A stretch of 61,317 nucleotides of DNA, the filler included, from Dugesia japonica (taxonomy: Eukaryota), in assembly GCA_001938525.1 (NCBI GenBank). It is 6 parts of 6 records of this genome, joined end to end, with 100 filler letters (N's around TTAATTAATTAA, not from the genome) between each part and the next. Parts side by side here need not be neighbours in the genome. Positions count along the whole stretch, not along the records: positions 28,799 to 41,743 come from MQRL01537321.1; positions 41,844 to 50,370 come from MQRL01600589.1; positions 50,471 to 61,317 come from MQRL01595007.1; 3 more parts are not named here. One strand, 5' to 3'. A program made the translations under genes and the position numbers. Each line of letters begins with the position of its first letter. Position 1 is the stretch's first letter. The notes under the pieces were generated by a model. The model ran no database searches and was not told the origin of the DNA. It saw only the letters and a program-made list of their open reading frames with translations. Below are positions 39,226 to 50,779 of this stretch, piece by piece.

Positions 39226-40395
39226 TTAGGGTGTTCCATAAGTCTTTTCGTATTTTTGTTTTATTATTTCAAAGTAATTTTTGTAATTGATTTAAATATT
39301 TGAAACTCTATAATTATATATCATTTTGAAGACATTTTGATCCTTTATCAGACGGTAAATTAATATCTATTAAATAATTGTAAATTATTGTTTTAATTTA
39401 TTTAGACGAAATATGGATATNTTTGAAATTAGGGTACTTTTAAAAAACTATTGGAAACAAAATGTCAATGCAACTCAAGTGGCCAAGAAAATATGAGAGG
39501 TGGAAGGTGAAAACTTTGTTTCCATTTGTGTTGCTCAAAATTGGTTCAAAAAATTTAATCTGGGTCAGGATTACCTTCAAGATCAAGCACGACACGGTAG
39601 ACCTATAAAAACGGATTTCGAATGTATGCGCAACGCACTGGAGGCTAATCCATTGACCAGCACTCGAAGATTATCTGACGAACTTGGAATTCCAAAGACA
39701 TCAATTTTTAGACATCTTTGTTCAATTAGCAAGATGAACAGTTGCTTTCGACAAATTCCACACGAATTGACAGAAAATCAAATAAAACAACGTTTGATTA
39801 CGTGTAAAAAACTGCTTTCAAATCGTTCTTATGCTTGTTTTATACAACAGATTGTGACTTCAGATAAAAAAATGGGTCTACTTAGATAACCCTAACAAAC
39901 ATAATCCATGTCTTGACCCCAGACAATTGCCAAATCAGCTGCCAAAGAGAGATGGGTTATCTATAAAAGTATTATTGATCGTTTGATGGAATTTCGAAGA
40001 TGTGATCAACTTCAAACTTCTTGAAAACAATGTGGCAATTGACGTAGATCTCTACTGCTCTCAACTGGGTATGATGTACATAAAATTAAAGCAAACATAT
40101 CCAGCATTGGTAAACTGAAAGAGAATACTTCTACAGCACGATAACGCCAAACCGCACACTGCTAGGAAAACCATGGAAAAAATAATGGAGCTAAATGCCT
40201 ATAAACTTTTTTACATCCAGTGCACAGCCCAGATCTTGCGCCATCAGACTATCATCTTTTCCGGTCTATGGCACATTTTCTGCTAGGACAAAGTTTCAAT
40301 AATTTGGATGAGGTACAAAAGGGGTGCTAAGATTTTTTCAGCTCCAAAGACAGACTCGTATGACCGCCGGATCCAGTAGCTTGCCGATAGATGAA
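39226..40395 (+). mobile_element. mariner (DD34D) element, near full-length pseudogene, inserted in the Polinton integrase
   Basis: TA plus TTAGGGTGTTCCATAAG TIR. RHGRP, IPHELT, IVTSD.K, QHDNAKPH and SPDLAPSDYHLF motifs. Confidence 0.9.
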
Positions 40396-41065
40396 TTTAA
40401 TCTGGCCTCCCCAAAAATCCAGATCTTTGGAATGGAGCCGTTGACATGTAATCCAAGTTCAGACTCTCATTCCTATGGTTTGGGTTCATACTTCATAATA
40501 CTCGCTTGATCTTTAGAACTACTTAATCTCTATTGGTCAATGGTGTCAGTACTTTGCATTGAATATCTACCTCTAATCAAGGTTTCTCCATATCAATACT
40601 CGTTATGATGAGTGGGGGATTAGCATGTGGTCTAATAATTAAAGTGAAAAATATTGAGGTAAAATTTTTAAAGTCATGAGCGAAAGCTAAGTGCCATGTG
40701 AGCTTATTGTTATCCTGAAGCCTAGATTTTATAACAGGAAAAATGATTCATACCCCTCTTTGTGGTCAATTAGATAATGTAAATAAACTGTAAATTATTT
40801 TCAGCACGATTTGTCAACAACACCATTATTAGATAACCTCCCCATTCGCGCCAAATTTCATCATTATTTCGAGTCACTAACACTACACGATAGGCACTGC
40901 TTACTAGAAAAGAGAAGTTAATCTAGTTGAAAAATTCTTGTTTAAATTAATCATGAGCGGAGGTAATTGTTAGGTAGTTGTTTCTAGTATGAACGTTTAT
41001 AATTTACCAATTTACATATTACTTAGTTCCTAAAAAGGTGAGTTAATTTTAATTCTAACCACTGG

Positions 41066-41743
41066 TGTCAGTTTAACAAAAGAATTTAAATAAAATAAAA
41101 TCACATTAAATAAAAGAAATCCGGTTATGGAAAGTTATATTATTGTTAATTCCATTCATTACACATTAAATTAAAATTAAATCAATATAACTAAAAACTA
41201 ACATGTACTGCATCTCGATCTGGAGTAAACACATAGGAATCATCTCATTATTCACTTCTTCAACCATTCTTTGGTAGCTTCTTCTGATTCGGCAACCGTT
41301 GTAGAAATCAGGTGATGAGAGATTACCTTGAAGTAATAATTTCTTAGTTGAATTTGTTTCACGTTTGGTTTTCAAAATTTTGATTGACTTTGAGTTAAAT
41401 TTTCGCTTCGGAATTTTTATGAGTGTTTTTTGTCTGAAATTGAAACGGTATTTATACTGTTTCTCTTTACACCCTCGTTACTTTCATTGGTTACTTTTTT
41501 CTAATGTTTTTATTGGCTTGATCGTCACATGAGTTCTTTGTATTGGTCGTTATTTTAGGATTCCAAAATTATTGGTCAATCNTCAAACCCTTGTATCTTT
41601 TTCTGAGTCTTGTTATGATTTTTTAGTTTGGATATTCGAATTCTCCTATTTTGTCTTGATCATAATCTCTCTAATTGCTAGTCTACCTTGGAAAGTCATC
41701 GTTTTTGACATATTTTACAAAATATTTAATTTTCTTTTAAAAA
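41066..41743 (-). mobile_element. Probable LTR in reverse orientation
   Basis: TGTCAG start at 41066, reverse TATA box (TATTTATA about 41450) and four ATTGG (CCAAT) boxes at 41486-41575. The other end is lost in a gap. Confidence 0.4.
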
Positions 41744-41843
41744 NNNNNNNNNNNNNNNNNNNNNNNNNNNNNNNNNNNNNNNNNNNNTTAATTAATTAAN
41801 NNNNNNNNNNNNNNNNNNNNNNNNNNNNNNNNNNNNNNNNNNN

Positions 41844-42752
41844 CTCCAAATCCAAAATTTGCAAAGGAGATTGGTTTTACTTACTATCAGCATTGTTGCA
41901 AACTTTTTACTCAAGGCGTCATCGCAAATGCTATTGCTGCCTCTGACTATATTAGAAATTTATGAAAAAAATAAATGTCATGGAGTGGGATTTCTTATTC
42001 ATCGTCAGAGCAAGAAACAACCTTCTCCAAACAAATTACAATTCTTACAGGCTCAAAAGAAATATGCCTACTCACTGCAGATAAAATGGTACTCATGCTG
42101 AGACACAAACGCACATCTTTAATCACTGTCCGACCATGAAAAGCCAGAAGTACAACAAACAGCTGAATTCTGGAAAAGATGGCCTCAGTATTCAGGAAAT
42201 GGGACTTTGACGTACAGTATGATTGCTCTTTTCAAGGCCTAGAAACAAAGTTGAGACCCGACGTGGTTATAACTAGTAATAGGAATAACAAGATTTACAT
42301 TCTAGATGTCAATGTGCTCTATGATTCTATAGAAGGCAGTAAGAATAGACAACAAAAACAAATATGAGCAAATTCGAATGGATCTCGGGACCAAGTATCA
42401 CAAAGAAGTAACTTTCGATGCAATAATCCTTGTACCCTGGTATCTTGGGACCCAGTCAATCAAAGAGCTCTCAAAACAATTGGACGAAATAAAGCACATC
42501 TCATAGGCTCTTATAGAAAAGGTAATTAAAACCTATCATCGGATCTTTTTAGATCATATGATAAATAAGGCCAGGTTCAATACAATCGATTGCACTCCTC
42601 TACCATGATGTATGAGCTAAGTTTGTTAGAACTTTGCTGTTTGAAGAAATTAATTGCTAAAAAAAGAAAATTAAGGTTATGGACTCGTCTATACCTATCT
42701 TGACTTAATTAAGGACTAGTCACCCATCTGTATTGATTAATAAAGCTTTATT
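41844..42752 (+). mobile_element. Non-LTR retrotransposon 3' end with restriction-like endonuclease (NeSL/R5/Utopia-like)
   Basis: FIVRARNNLLQTN, CR.xG..ETQTHIFNHC (zinc knuckle), LRPDVVI...IYILDV (PD..D), K..KYE and SWDPVN. The 3' UTR ends in AATAAAGCTTTATT. Confidence 0.85.
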
Positions 42753-42759
42753 GTTTTTT

Positions 42760-43582
42760 AAATCACGTTGCGTCAAAGCCGTTCATAATCCATCGCAACG
42801 GTTTGTTTTTATTAGACAGTCGGATTTCTCTAGTCTATGTCAGTTCTAGATTGATTGTTTAGTGCACAGCAAATACTACAAATTCCGAAAGACTCATAAT
42901 ATNNNNNNNNNNNNNNNNNNNNNNNNNNNNNNNNNNNNNNNNNNNNNNNNNNNNNNNNNTTGCCCTAAACCTAATTACAACTCTGTTCTATTCCAATCAA
43001 CTTCTTGATAAAGTCCACCATGCTTGATCCCTAGAGCCAATCCTTTTACCGAAGGTACGGATCTAATTTGCCAACGTTTCTTACCTACATTGTTCTAAGA
43101 CTATAAGCTGCTTGGAAATCTGCTGCGGATATCAATACTGATTGATATGAAATTTATGACTGGTCCCTTAAATTTTTAAGGGTAATCAAGTACGCTTCGG
43201 ACACCACGTGAAACGTGATGCTTTTAATATTTCACATTCCTTTCTCAAGATAACCTGATTCTAGAGACATGTTTATGTATACAAAGAAAATGTAACTCTT
43301 CTTAAAATACCTGATGATGTACCTGAGATTGCTTGTGTTGCCACTTTGTGTTGCCGAAACAACCAAAATTTATAATGTCTATCACCTCGTTCTGATAACT
43401 GAATTACCAGATCACTTTGGACCGACTAACCCATGTTCAAATACTGCTCACATGAGACNCTTCTCACTTAAGTCTTCAAGGATCTCACATGAATAATTGC
43501 TACTACTACCAAGATCTGTACCCGTGACCGCTCTACTCTGACTTACGCCAGTAGCTTCTTAGCAATTACGGTTACTTTCCTC
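42760..43582 (-). rRNA. 28S rRNA: 28S (LSU) rRNA fragment, degenerate pseudogene copy
   Basis: Reverse complements of conserved LSU blocks: AAATCAC.T.GCGTCA, ACAGTCGGATT, AGAGCCAATCCTT..CCGAAG.TACGGATC, CTTACCTACATTGTTC, GACCGACTAACCCATGTTCAA and GCTACTAC.ACCAAGATCTG. Confidence 0.9.
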
Positions 43583-45267
43583 CGTTATTAATTGTCCTTT
43601 TTTGTTCTCTCAGTCTGTTTGTGTCTTCCAACATTTCTTTACTCTTTTTGCGACTCAATAGGTTATGGATCATCCCCATATTCAGTTCCTTAATTTCGGT
43701 TTTTTCTTTAATTATTCCTTTTGGTAACTTGTCTGACTCCTTCTTTTGTCTGTATTCTTCGTTTTCCTTCTTGTGGCATTCTTTTGAATTTCGAGTTTAC
43801 CCATCGCTGGTATATTTTCTATTTTCAGGTGTTTCACCCCAAAACTGGGATACACATTTGTCATTTTATTCTTAGAGACTTCAGTAGACATTTTTTAAAT
43901 TAATAATTTAAAAGTCTTAATAAATTTATTAAAATACTTTGTGGTGCAAATTTAGTTAATACTTACCTTGCAGTATTTAATCCTTTACTATTTAATATTA
44001 TAATATTATAAATATATTTATTTTCAGGTAATATTAATGTAATCCTTAATACTGGTTTAAATAAATTTTTATGTCCAGCAAGAACTTGATAATTTTCTAT
44101 TAAAAATTTAAATTCTTCTTTTTTTCTTTTAGTAAAATTTTATTCAAAACTTTTATTAATACCATTAAGTATTTTAATTATTTGAAAATATGGAATATCA
44201 CAATATCCATGAAAAAAGAAATATACTTTTTGTTCAGATGGATTTTATGTAAAATATAATTCCAAAGGTTTATTTAAATAAAAATATCCTAGTTTTTTAT
44301 TTCCATTCCTGTTTATTTTAATTAAATTAATATTATTTTCTAATAATAATAAACTTGTTAAAATTATATCTTTATAATCCATTTCTACTTTCATAGTTAA
44401 TAAAAAAAGTATTGTAGATTTTATTATTTCATTACTTTTAAATTTACTAATATCACCAGTTAAAAAAATATTATCAATTAATTTTTTTAAATTATTTAAT
44501 AAAATTGGATCATAATTTTTACCAAGTGATTTTTGTTTATTTAATTTAGAAATATAATCATCAATTATTTTTATTAATTTAATATGAATATATTTTTTAA
44601 TTTTATTATATAAATCTAATATATTTTTTAATTCTCGAGCAGAGTCTGATGCCATATCTAATATTTCAACCTTTGGTTTAATAATTTCTTTTTTATTTTT
44701 ATCTTGTAAATTTTCTATTATAGTTTTTACATTTTTTAAAAGTTTTTCAACATGATCAAATACTTCTTTTAAAAATTTTTAATACCATCTTGTATTTCTT
44801 TTAAATCTTTTTTTAAATCTCAAACAGAATTTTGCAAATCTTTATTTATTAATTTACGATTTTAATCTCTTGTTTAAACTCTAGAATCTCTAAATCTTGC
44901 TTTGCTTTAGATTTTTAATCTGTTGTTGCATCTCTAATTATTGTTCTTTAACAGAGTCTTTAAAATTTTTTACTTCTTTTTTAAATCCTTAAAACATGTT
45001 TTATTATATTTTATTAAATCCTTTATATTATTATATTCTTTTATTGTATTTGTAAAATATTTTAAATTAATTGCATTCAAATCATTTATTGGATCACTAA
45101 GAATTTTTAAATTAGTTATTGTATCACCATTTTCATTAATAAATTTCTTTTCATTTAATATAGATTCTAATTTTAATTTTGCTTGAAGTGTTCTTTAGAA
45201 ATTGAATTTTTACTTGTTATATTAACTGGCATATAATACATTGGAGGCATTTTCTAAAGTAAATATT

Positions 45268-45650
45268 TTATAATAAGTCTTTAAATATTAATTCTAATTC
45301 TTTAGTTATAACATCAAAATTTTCAGAATCCAAGTCAATCTTGTTTAAAAAGTATAAACATAATATACCACAAATTTTAGTTCCCCATGGTTGAAATTGT
45401 TTATAATTATAATAATTAACAAATTCTTCAACTTCTTTTGTTGGTGGTAAACCAAATGAATCGAAGTAAAATCCTCCGGAGAAGTCTTGCAAATCCTTAG
45501 GATGTTCTTCAGAAAAATAATAATCATTTTATAATGAAACCCAATGACTTCCTTTTTGATTTGAATTTTGATAATTTAAAATTACGCAGTCATTTTCTAT
45601 TCCAGAAATTTCATTATTCATTAAAACTTGTATTTCTAAATTTAAAAATT
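45268..45650 (-). pseudogene. Adenovirus-type cysteine maturation protease
   Basis: CVILNY...GSHWVS, YFDSFGLPP and Q.Q....ICGILCLYFL carry the His/Asp/Cys triad. Confidence 0.88.
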
Positions 45651-45654
45651 TAAT

Positions 45655-46128
45655 ACTAGTAATTAAATTACATGAAATATTTATCGAATGAATATTTATT
45701 ATTTGTATTGTTTTTTCAGAAACATATTCTCCTAATTTATATTCTTTTGCAGAACCCTGCGAATCTTGGGAAGCAAATCCTAATATTGTATAAAAAACAT
45801 TTATCATTAAATTTTAAAGACCCTGTTTTCGTTATTTTCATTTTTGATTTAGCTGTTGATTAATCAACTTTTATTTCAATTCCATATTCACTTGCTTTTA
45901 ATATTTCAAATAATTCATCTAATTCATAAGCTCTTTGTACTAATATTTTTTTTCACCATTAATTTCAAATGAATTATTTTTACTATTAACATTAAATATT
46001 ATATTATAACATGTAAACCATAATAATCCTAATTCATAATCATTTGGATTTTTATGTAAATTAATTGGTCTTAGTAATTTAATTTCTAAATTACTTTCTT
46101 TACCAATAATTAAAAATTGAATAGACAT
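45655..46128 (-). pseudogene. Polinton/adintovirus minor capsid, N-terminal part
   Basis: RPINL...YELGLL.F..YN.IFNV...NNSF, AYELDEL, ILGF and Y.SEK.IQI.NI.SINISCNLI. Confidence 0.75.
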
Positions 46129-46488
46129 TTTTTCTTTGAAAGAATTTAGATTTTAAAGCTATGTAAACCAAAGACTCGCAGAGCCCTGGTCGAGGTTCCA
46201 GTTTAATATCATAATCGTTTTGATTTCTTGATAAATGTGGAAATTTATATGAAATTCTTGCACCTAGAAATTTTTCACCAAGTTTTTTATTTTTTTAAAA
46301 TTATTATATACTTCTGAACATGATAAATCACAATCTAGTATAAAAGAATTATAAAATGTTATTTCATNAAATAATATTAATTTATTTATATAACCTGGTG
46401 AATAATTAATATTAATTTCATTTAAATGTTCATAAAAATCTTCTTTTTATTAACAATTTTCTTTTTATTACTTTTAATCTACATTCTA

Positions 46489-47184
46489 AGAAGATGGGTA
46501 GTAGCATTCAACCTCAGCACACATTCAGGTAGCCCCCCTCCGACGTAATCAAATTATTACATAAGTGAGGCTATATTTTTCCAATGTAAATAAACCAACC
46601 AAAAATTTGACCAATTCACATAAAAATTACCCAAACTGAGCAATCTTGAGGAAATATTGAACCAAATTCACCTGAACCAACAAAAAATTGATCACATTCG
46701 ACCTCACCGAGTAAATTTCCAACCAAATTCACCTAAAACCAATCAAAAATTGACTTCATTCAACCTCACCGAGTAAATTTCCAACTAAAAAGCCTAAAAA
46801 ATATTGCTGCTTAAAAAAGCATAAAAAATATTACCGTTTAATAAATCTAAAAATATTTTCCCAACTAAAACCCCAGAGAAATCCATAGCCACTTTGCCCT
46901 CTAATAAGCTTGAAAAACTTTCTCACCTAAATACATAGGAAAAGTTAAACCCTAGATTACCGCTTAAAATGCCTAAAAAATTTACTCAACTAAAACCACA
47001 GGAAAAAGTAGCCTCACGTACGTAATAATGTCGCGACGAAATTAATTACATTATGTAATGCACATAAATGTGTGCCACCAACTATTTACATTGGAAAAAT
47101 ATAGCCTCACTTATGTAATAATCCGTTTATGTCGAGGGGGGTTCCTGAATGTGTGCTAAGGTTGACTGCTACTATCCATTTACT
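46489..47184. mobile_element. 696-bp non-coding Polinton-type MITE with about 105-bp TIRs and 6-bp TSD
   Basis: Termini AGAAGATGGGTAGTAGCA and TGCTACTATCCATTTACT. TSD ATTCTA (46483-46488) / ATCCTA (47185-47190). Confidence 0.85.
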
Positions 47185-47949
47185 ATCCTAATTGATAAAA
47201 ATAATATAATGAAGCTCTAAATATTATATTTTTTTTGATTAATACATCTATATCATCACATTCATCTATTGATGATCCAGTATGAATATTATTTAATGGT
47301 ATAAATATTTTTGTGTTTCATTTCTTTTTTATCAATTGAAGATAAAACATTTTGTTCAAATGATGATATTTTAACCTTTTCTTTTTCTGCATCTATTAAT
47401 TCAATTATTTGATCATCTAGATCACCTCTTGGAATTTCAGAATTTTGATCTAGATTCCAGTCGAGATTATTAGAAATTAGTGATATAGCGCCTGGAGTTT
47501 CGACGGAATCTTGAACAGAATCTTGTTCATCATAATCCTCTGAAAGAATTTTTTTTATTCATATTATATTCAATTTCATTAATATCTTCAAATTTTTCTA
47601 AATTATTTTCAGATTTATTTAAAATAGGATCCACAAAATCTGAAGTTTTTTTACTTTTTTAATTGCAATTTGAATTGCCTTCGAAGCGGTTGCGACAGAC
47701 AAAAATAATTGAAATTTATTAAAATCAGTATTCGATAAATTTGTTTTTAAATAATCATATACTAAAATATTATTGTTTTTATTTTTTGAAAAATTTGAAA
47801 ATAAATCTTTAATATTATGAGTAGAAGCCATTTCATTAATCAATTTTTTAGTTTTGTTTTTTTATCAAAAAATGTTTAGCTATTTCTTATAAAATCATAA
47901 CATGATTTTTTTAAAGAGAAAAATTCTTATAAAATCTATCGCAAGGTCC

Positions 47950-48690
47950 CCAAGGTCATAAATCACGATTTTATTAATTTTCAAAGAGATCTTCCATTAA
48001 AATATCAGCTTCTTGATCTAAATAAAAATAATTATATTTTGTTTTCCAATGTAATGTTACTTGATAATCATATTCCATTTTATTATAAAAAATATTACTA
48101 AATAAATCATGATAAACATTATCTTTATCTGTTATATTTAATTTAATTTTATTTAATTGAATTTTTATCTAAATGAAAATATGTTTGTGCTATATAAATT
48201 ACATAACAATTATTATGTCTACTTCTTGTAAAATATGATTTTTGTACTTCTTGATTTTTTTCATTAACAACATCATCAAAAATAATTAATTTTTTGCAGA
48301 GGAATTCGATAATGGATCACATGGAATTATATCATTATGTTTATTACTTAAAGTTATAAATATACTTTGTGGTTTTTTATCAATAAAATTTCTTTTTTAA
48401 AAACCATTTAAGAACTTGTTGTGGTGTGTTAATCAATTCTGGAATTATATTTTGTTTTTCAATAATTAAAATAATATCTTCTTTTGATAAACCATTTTCA
48501 AATCCTTCTCTCATTAATTGTAATTCAAATCGATTTATTGTTGTTGAATAAATTATTATAATCTATTAATTCTGGTTTTAATAACATTTTTAACAATAAT
48601 ATATGCATTTTTTCCACATCCTGATTATTCTATAATTAATAATCTAAAATTTGATGGAAATATTTTATTATTAAATACTTTTTTATTTTT
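47950..48690 (-). pseudogene. A32/FtsK-like genome packaging ATPase
   Basis: FP.NFRLLII..SGCGK (Walker A), LIIFDDV (Walker B) and YFTRSRHNNCYVIYIAQTYF.L. Confidence 0.88.
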
Positions 48691-49009
48691 TTCAATAAAA
48701 CCTAAGATTTCCTATTGTATTATTTTTTCACATAATCAGAAATTAATTTTTTTTGAACCCATATTCATTAATGCTAAACCACCATTAATTAAATTTATAT
48801 TATTTAAATCATTAAGACCATTATTAATATCTTTAAGAATTTTATCTCAATATTATTTTTATTCTTCTTTTGTCATGTATTCAGATGTATCAGTAATTAA
48901 CCATTTCCAAGATGTTTTTGGTTTTTTATCTTCTTTATTTTCTTCTTTATTATTATTTTCATTTTGTGTATTTCCCATTCTTATATTTATTTTACATTAA
49001 ATTTTTTAA

Positions 49010-49800
49010 AAAATTTATAAAACAGTTTTTTGAAGTTCATTATCATAACATCTACCTAAACTCTTTTCATTATCGAAATCAGTAATTCCATAAGGTTTTG
49101 GTTTTGTCTTATATACTTTTGTTATTATAAATATTTCAGTTGTTCATTAGCTCTAAATCCCTTTTTAAATTTATATTTATATTTAAATATTCTAACTCGA
49201 TCTCCTATTTTAAATTTTTGTTTAAATATTATATTGTCATTTTCAGTATTATGTTGATTATTAATGTCTTTTTTATCTGGATTTTCACTAGCATATTTTG
49301 GTGTTGTTTTTATAGAATTATAAATTGTATTATTATATTCATTTACAATTTTTTGTAATAAATTATTATTCCATTTTTGATTTCCAACTGATGTCAAATA
49401 TTTCCATATTTTATTTTTTAAAGTTTTAATAAATCTTTCTGCAAAACTGATTTACCGTCATTCTCTGTATGATAAAAATTAAAATTATTTTCTTTAAGAA
49501 CTTTATCAAATTATTTTGATTTTATTGCTGATTATTTATTAAACCATATATTATTTGGAGTTCTATTATTTTCTTGAAATATATTTTCCAATGATTTTTT
49601 TAATGATTCTTGATTTTTATTAATCATTGGAACTCAAAATCCAGAATATAAATCAATACAAACTAATATATAAAGAAACATTTGAATTCGTAGATTTTTT
49701 AACCATATCAGCAATATCACATCCCCAAGCTTTATCAATTTCATTATTTATAACTTTTAAATATTTTTTAGATTTTCTATATTCTTTATGTAATTCCGTC
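49010..49800 (-). pseudogene. Polinton rve integrase
   Basis: LATELHK, IDKAWGCDIADM, FAERFIKTLK.KIWKY, IVNEYNNT..NSIKTTP and FKIGDRVRI.K.K..F.KG. Confidence 0.88.
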
Positions 49801-50115
49801 GCTAAATTATCTCCTGAAATACCTTGTCTAATAAGAATTTTTCCTTTAAATATTAATTTAACTAATGCAGCTTCTAATTATTCTCCTAATGATGAATTAA
49901 TCATATTATTTAAATCATATTTATATCAGCAATATGTCTACATCTAATATTTTCATTTTTATATGCTAGATCATGCTTATATGCAGCTTTATCAACTTGA
50001 TTTATTGGTTCATTTTCTGGTAATGGAATATTATTTTCATCTAAGTTTTTTTTCTAAATTTGTTCCTGGTCCAGTAAAATAATGTCCTGGAATATGTCTT
50101 TTTCCTTTATATGTA
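49800..50115 (-). pseudogene. Parvovirus VP1u-type phospholipase A2 domain
   Basis: HIPGHYFTGPGTNL (Ca-binding loop), PINQVDKAAYKHDLAY (catalytic HD) and RHIAD. One frameshift in an A-run. Confidence 0.88.
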
Positions 50116-50139
50116 AATAAAATAGATAAAATTTAGCCA

Positions 50140-50370
50140 AATATTAAAGAAATCGAATTTTAAGTAAATGTGACTCCCCTTGGAATGCTTCTTTGGTTTG
50201 TGTAAAAAAACGAGACAATGATGAAATACGACTTTGCTTAGATTATAGATTGTTAACTGAAGTTACAGAAAGACCAATTTTTCCTATTCCAAACACTGAG
50301 GAAATTATGTATATTTTATATGGAGCCAAATATTTTACTAGTATAGATTTGGGTAATGCTTACTATCAAG
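50140..50370 (+). mobile_element. Ty3/Gypsy RT fragment
   Basis: CDSPWNASLVCVKK...RLCLDYR...FPIP...YFTSIDLGNAYYQ. Confidence 0.88.
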
Positions 50371-50779
50371 NNNNNNNNNNNNNNNNNNNNNNNNNNNNNN
50401 NNNNNNNNNNNNNNTTAATTAATTAANNNNNNNNNNNNNNNNNNNNNNNNNNNNNNNNNNNNNNNNNNNNTCCATCCAAACTCAAAGGTTCTTTAGACAA
50501 TATATAGACCAAATTTTTTTCCAACCACAACCAAATCTTTAAAATTACAAAAAAATTATTTCCACGATCTCCAGCTCCTCCTCCTTTTTGTTTTGTCCAC
50601 TCTTACACACACACACACTTTAAGGATAAAAAAACTGATCCGATCAAAAAAAATTTGATCCGATTGACAATTTTTTGATCCTAAAAAAACGAGCACATAA
50701 ATCATGTGAAAAAAGGCAGCTCAAAAGTAGTGTTTCTGCGCCCCCTCCGGGGGAGGGGGTGATTTATCAAATTGTGCCT

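Larger units (their letters stand above)
43870..50130 (-). mobile_element. Second Polinton/adintovirus-like endogenous element (PLA2-integrase, ATPase, minor capsid, adenain protease, unknown ORFs), decayed
   Basis: A co-oriented set of viral hallmark motifs in an extremely AT-rich tract; see the sub-features below. Confidence 0.88.

Noticed and set aside
40395-41060. GC-richer tract after the mariner, considered as a ribozyme or 5' UTR of the RLE element
   Set aside because: No hammerhead or HDV core or ORF was recognisable, and it is separated from the element by an LTR-like tract and a linker gap.
42760-43582. Functional rDNA unit
   Set aside because: Only about 0.8 kb of 28S, with substitutions and deletions in conserved blocks and flanked by mobile elements; treated as a pseudogene fragment.
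46600-47000. Spaced repeats that could be mistaken for a CRISPR-like array (also 51330-51760 and 14960-15100)
   Set aside because: Degenerate subterminal repeats of Polinton-type termini. No constant repeat/unique spacer structure, no cas genes, and a eukaryotic context.
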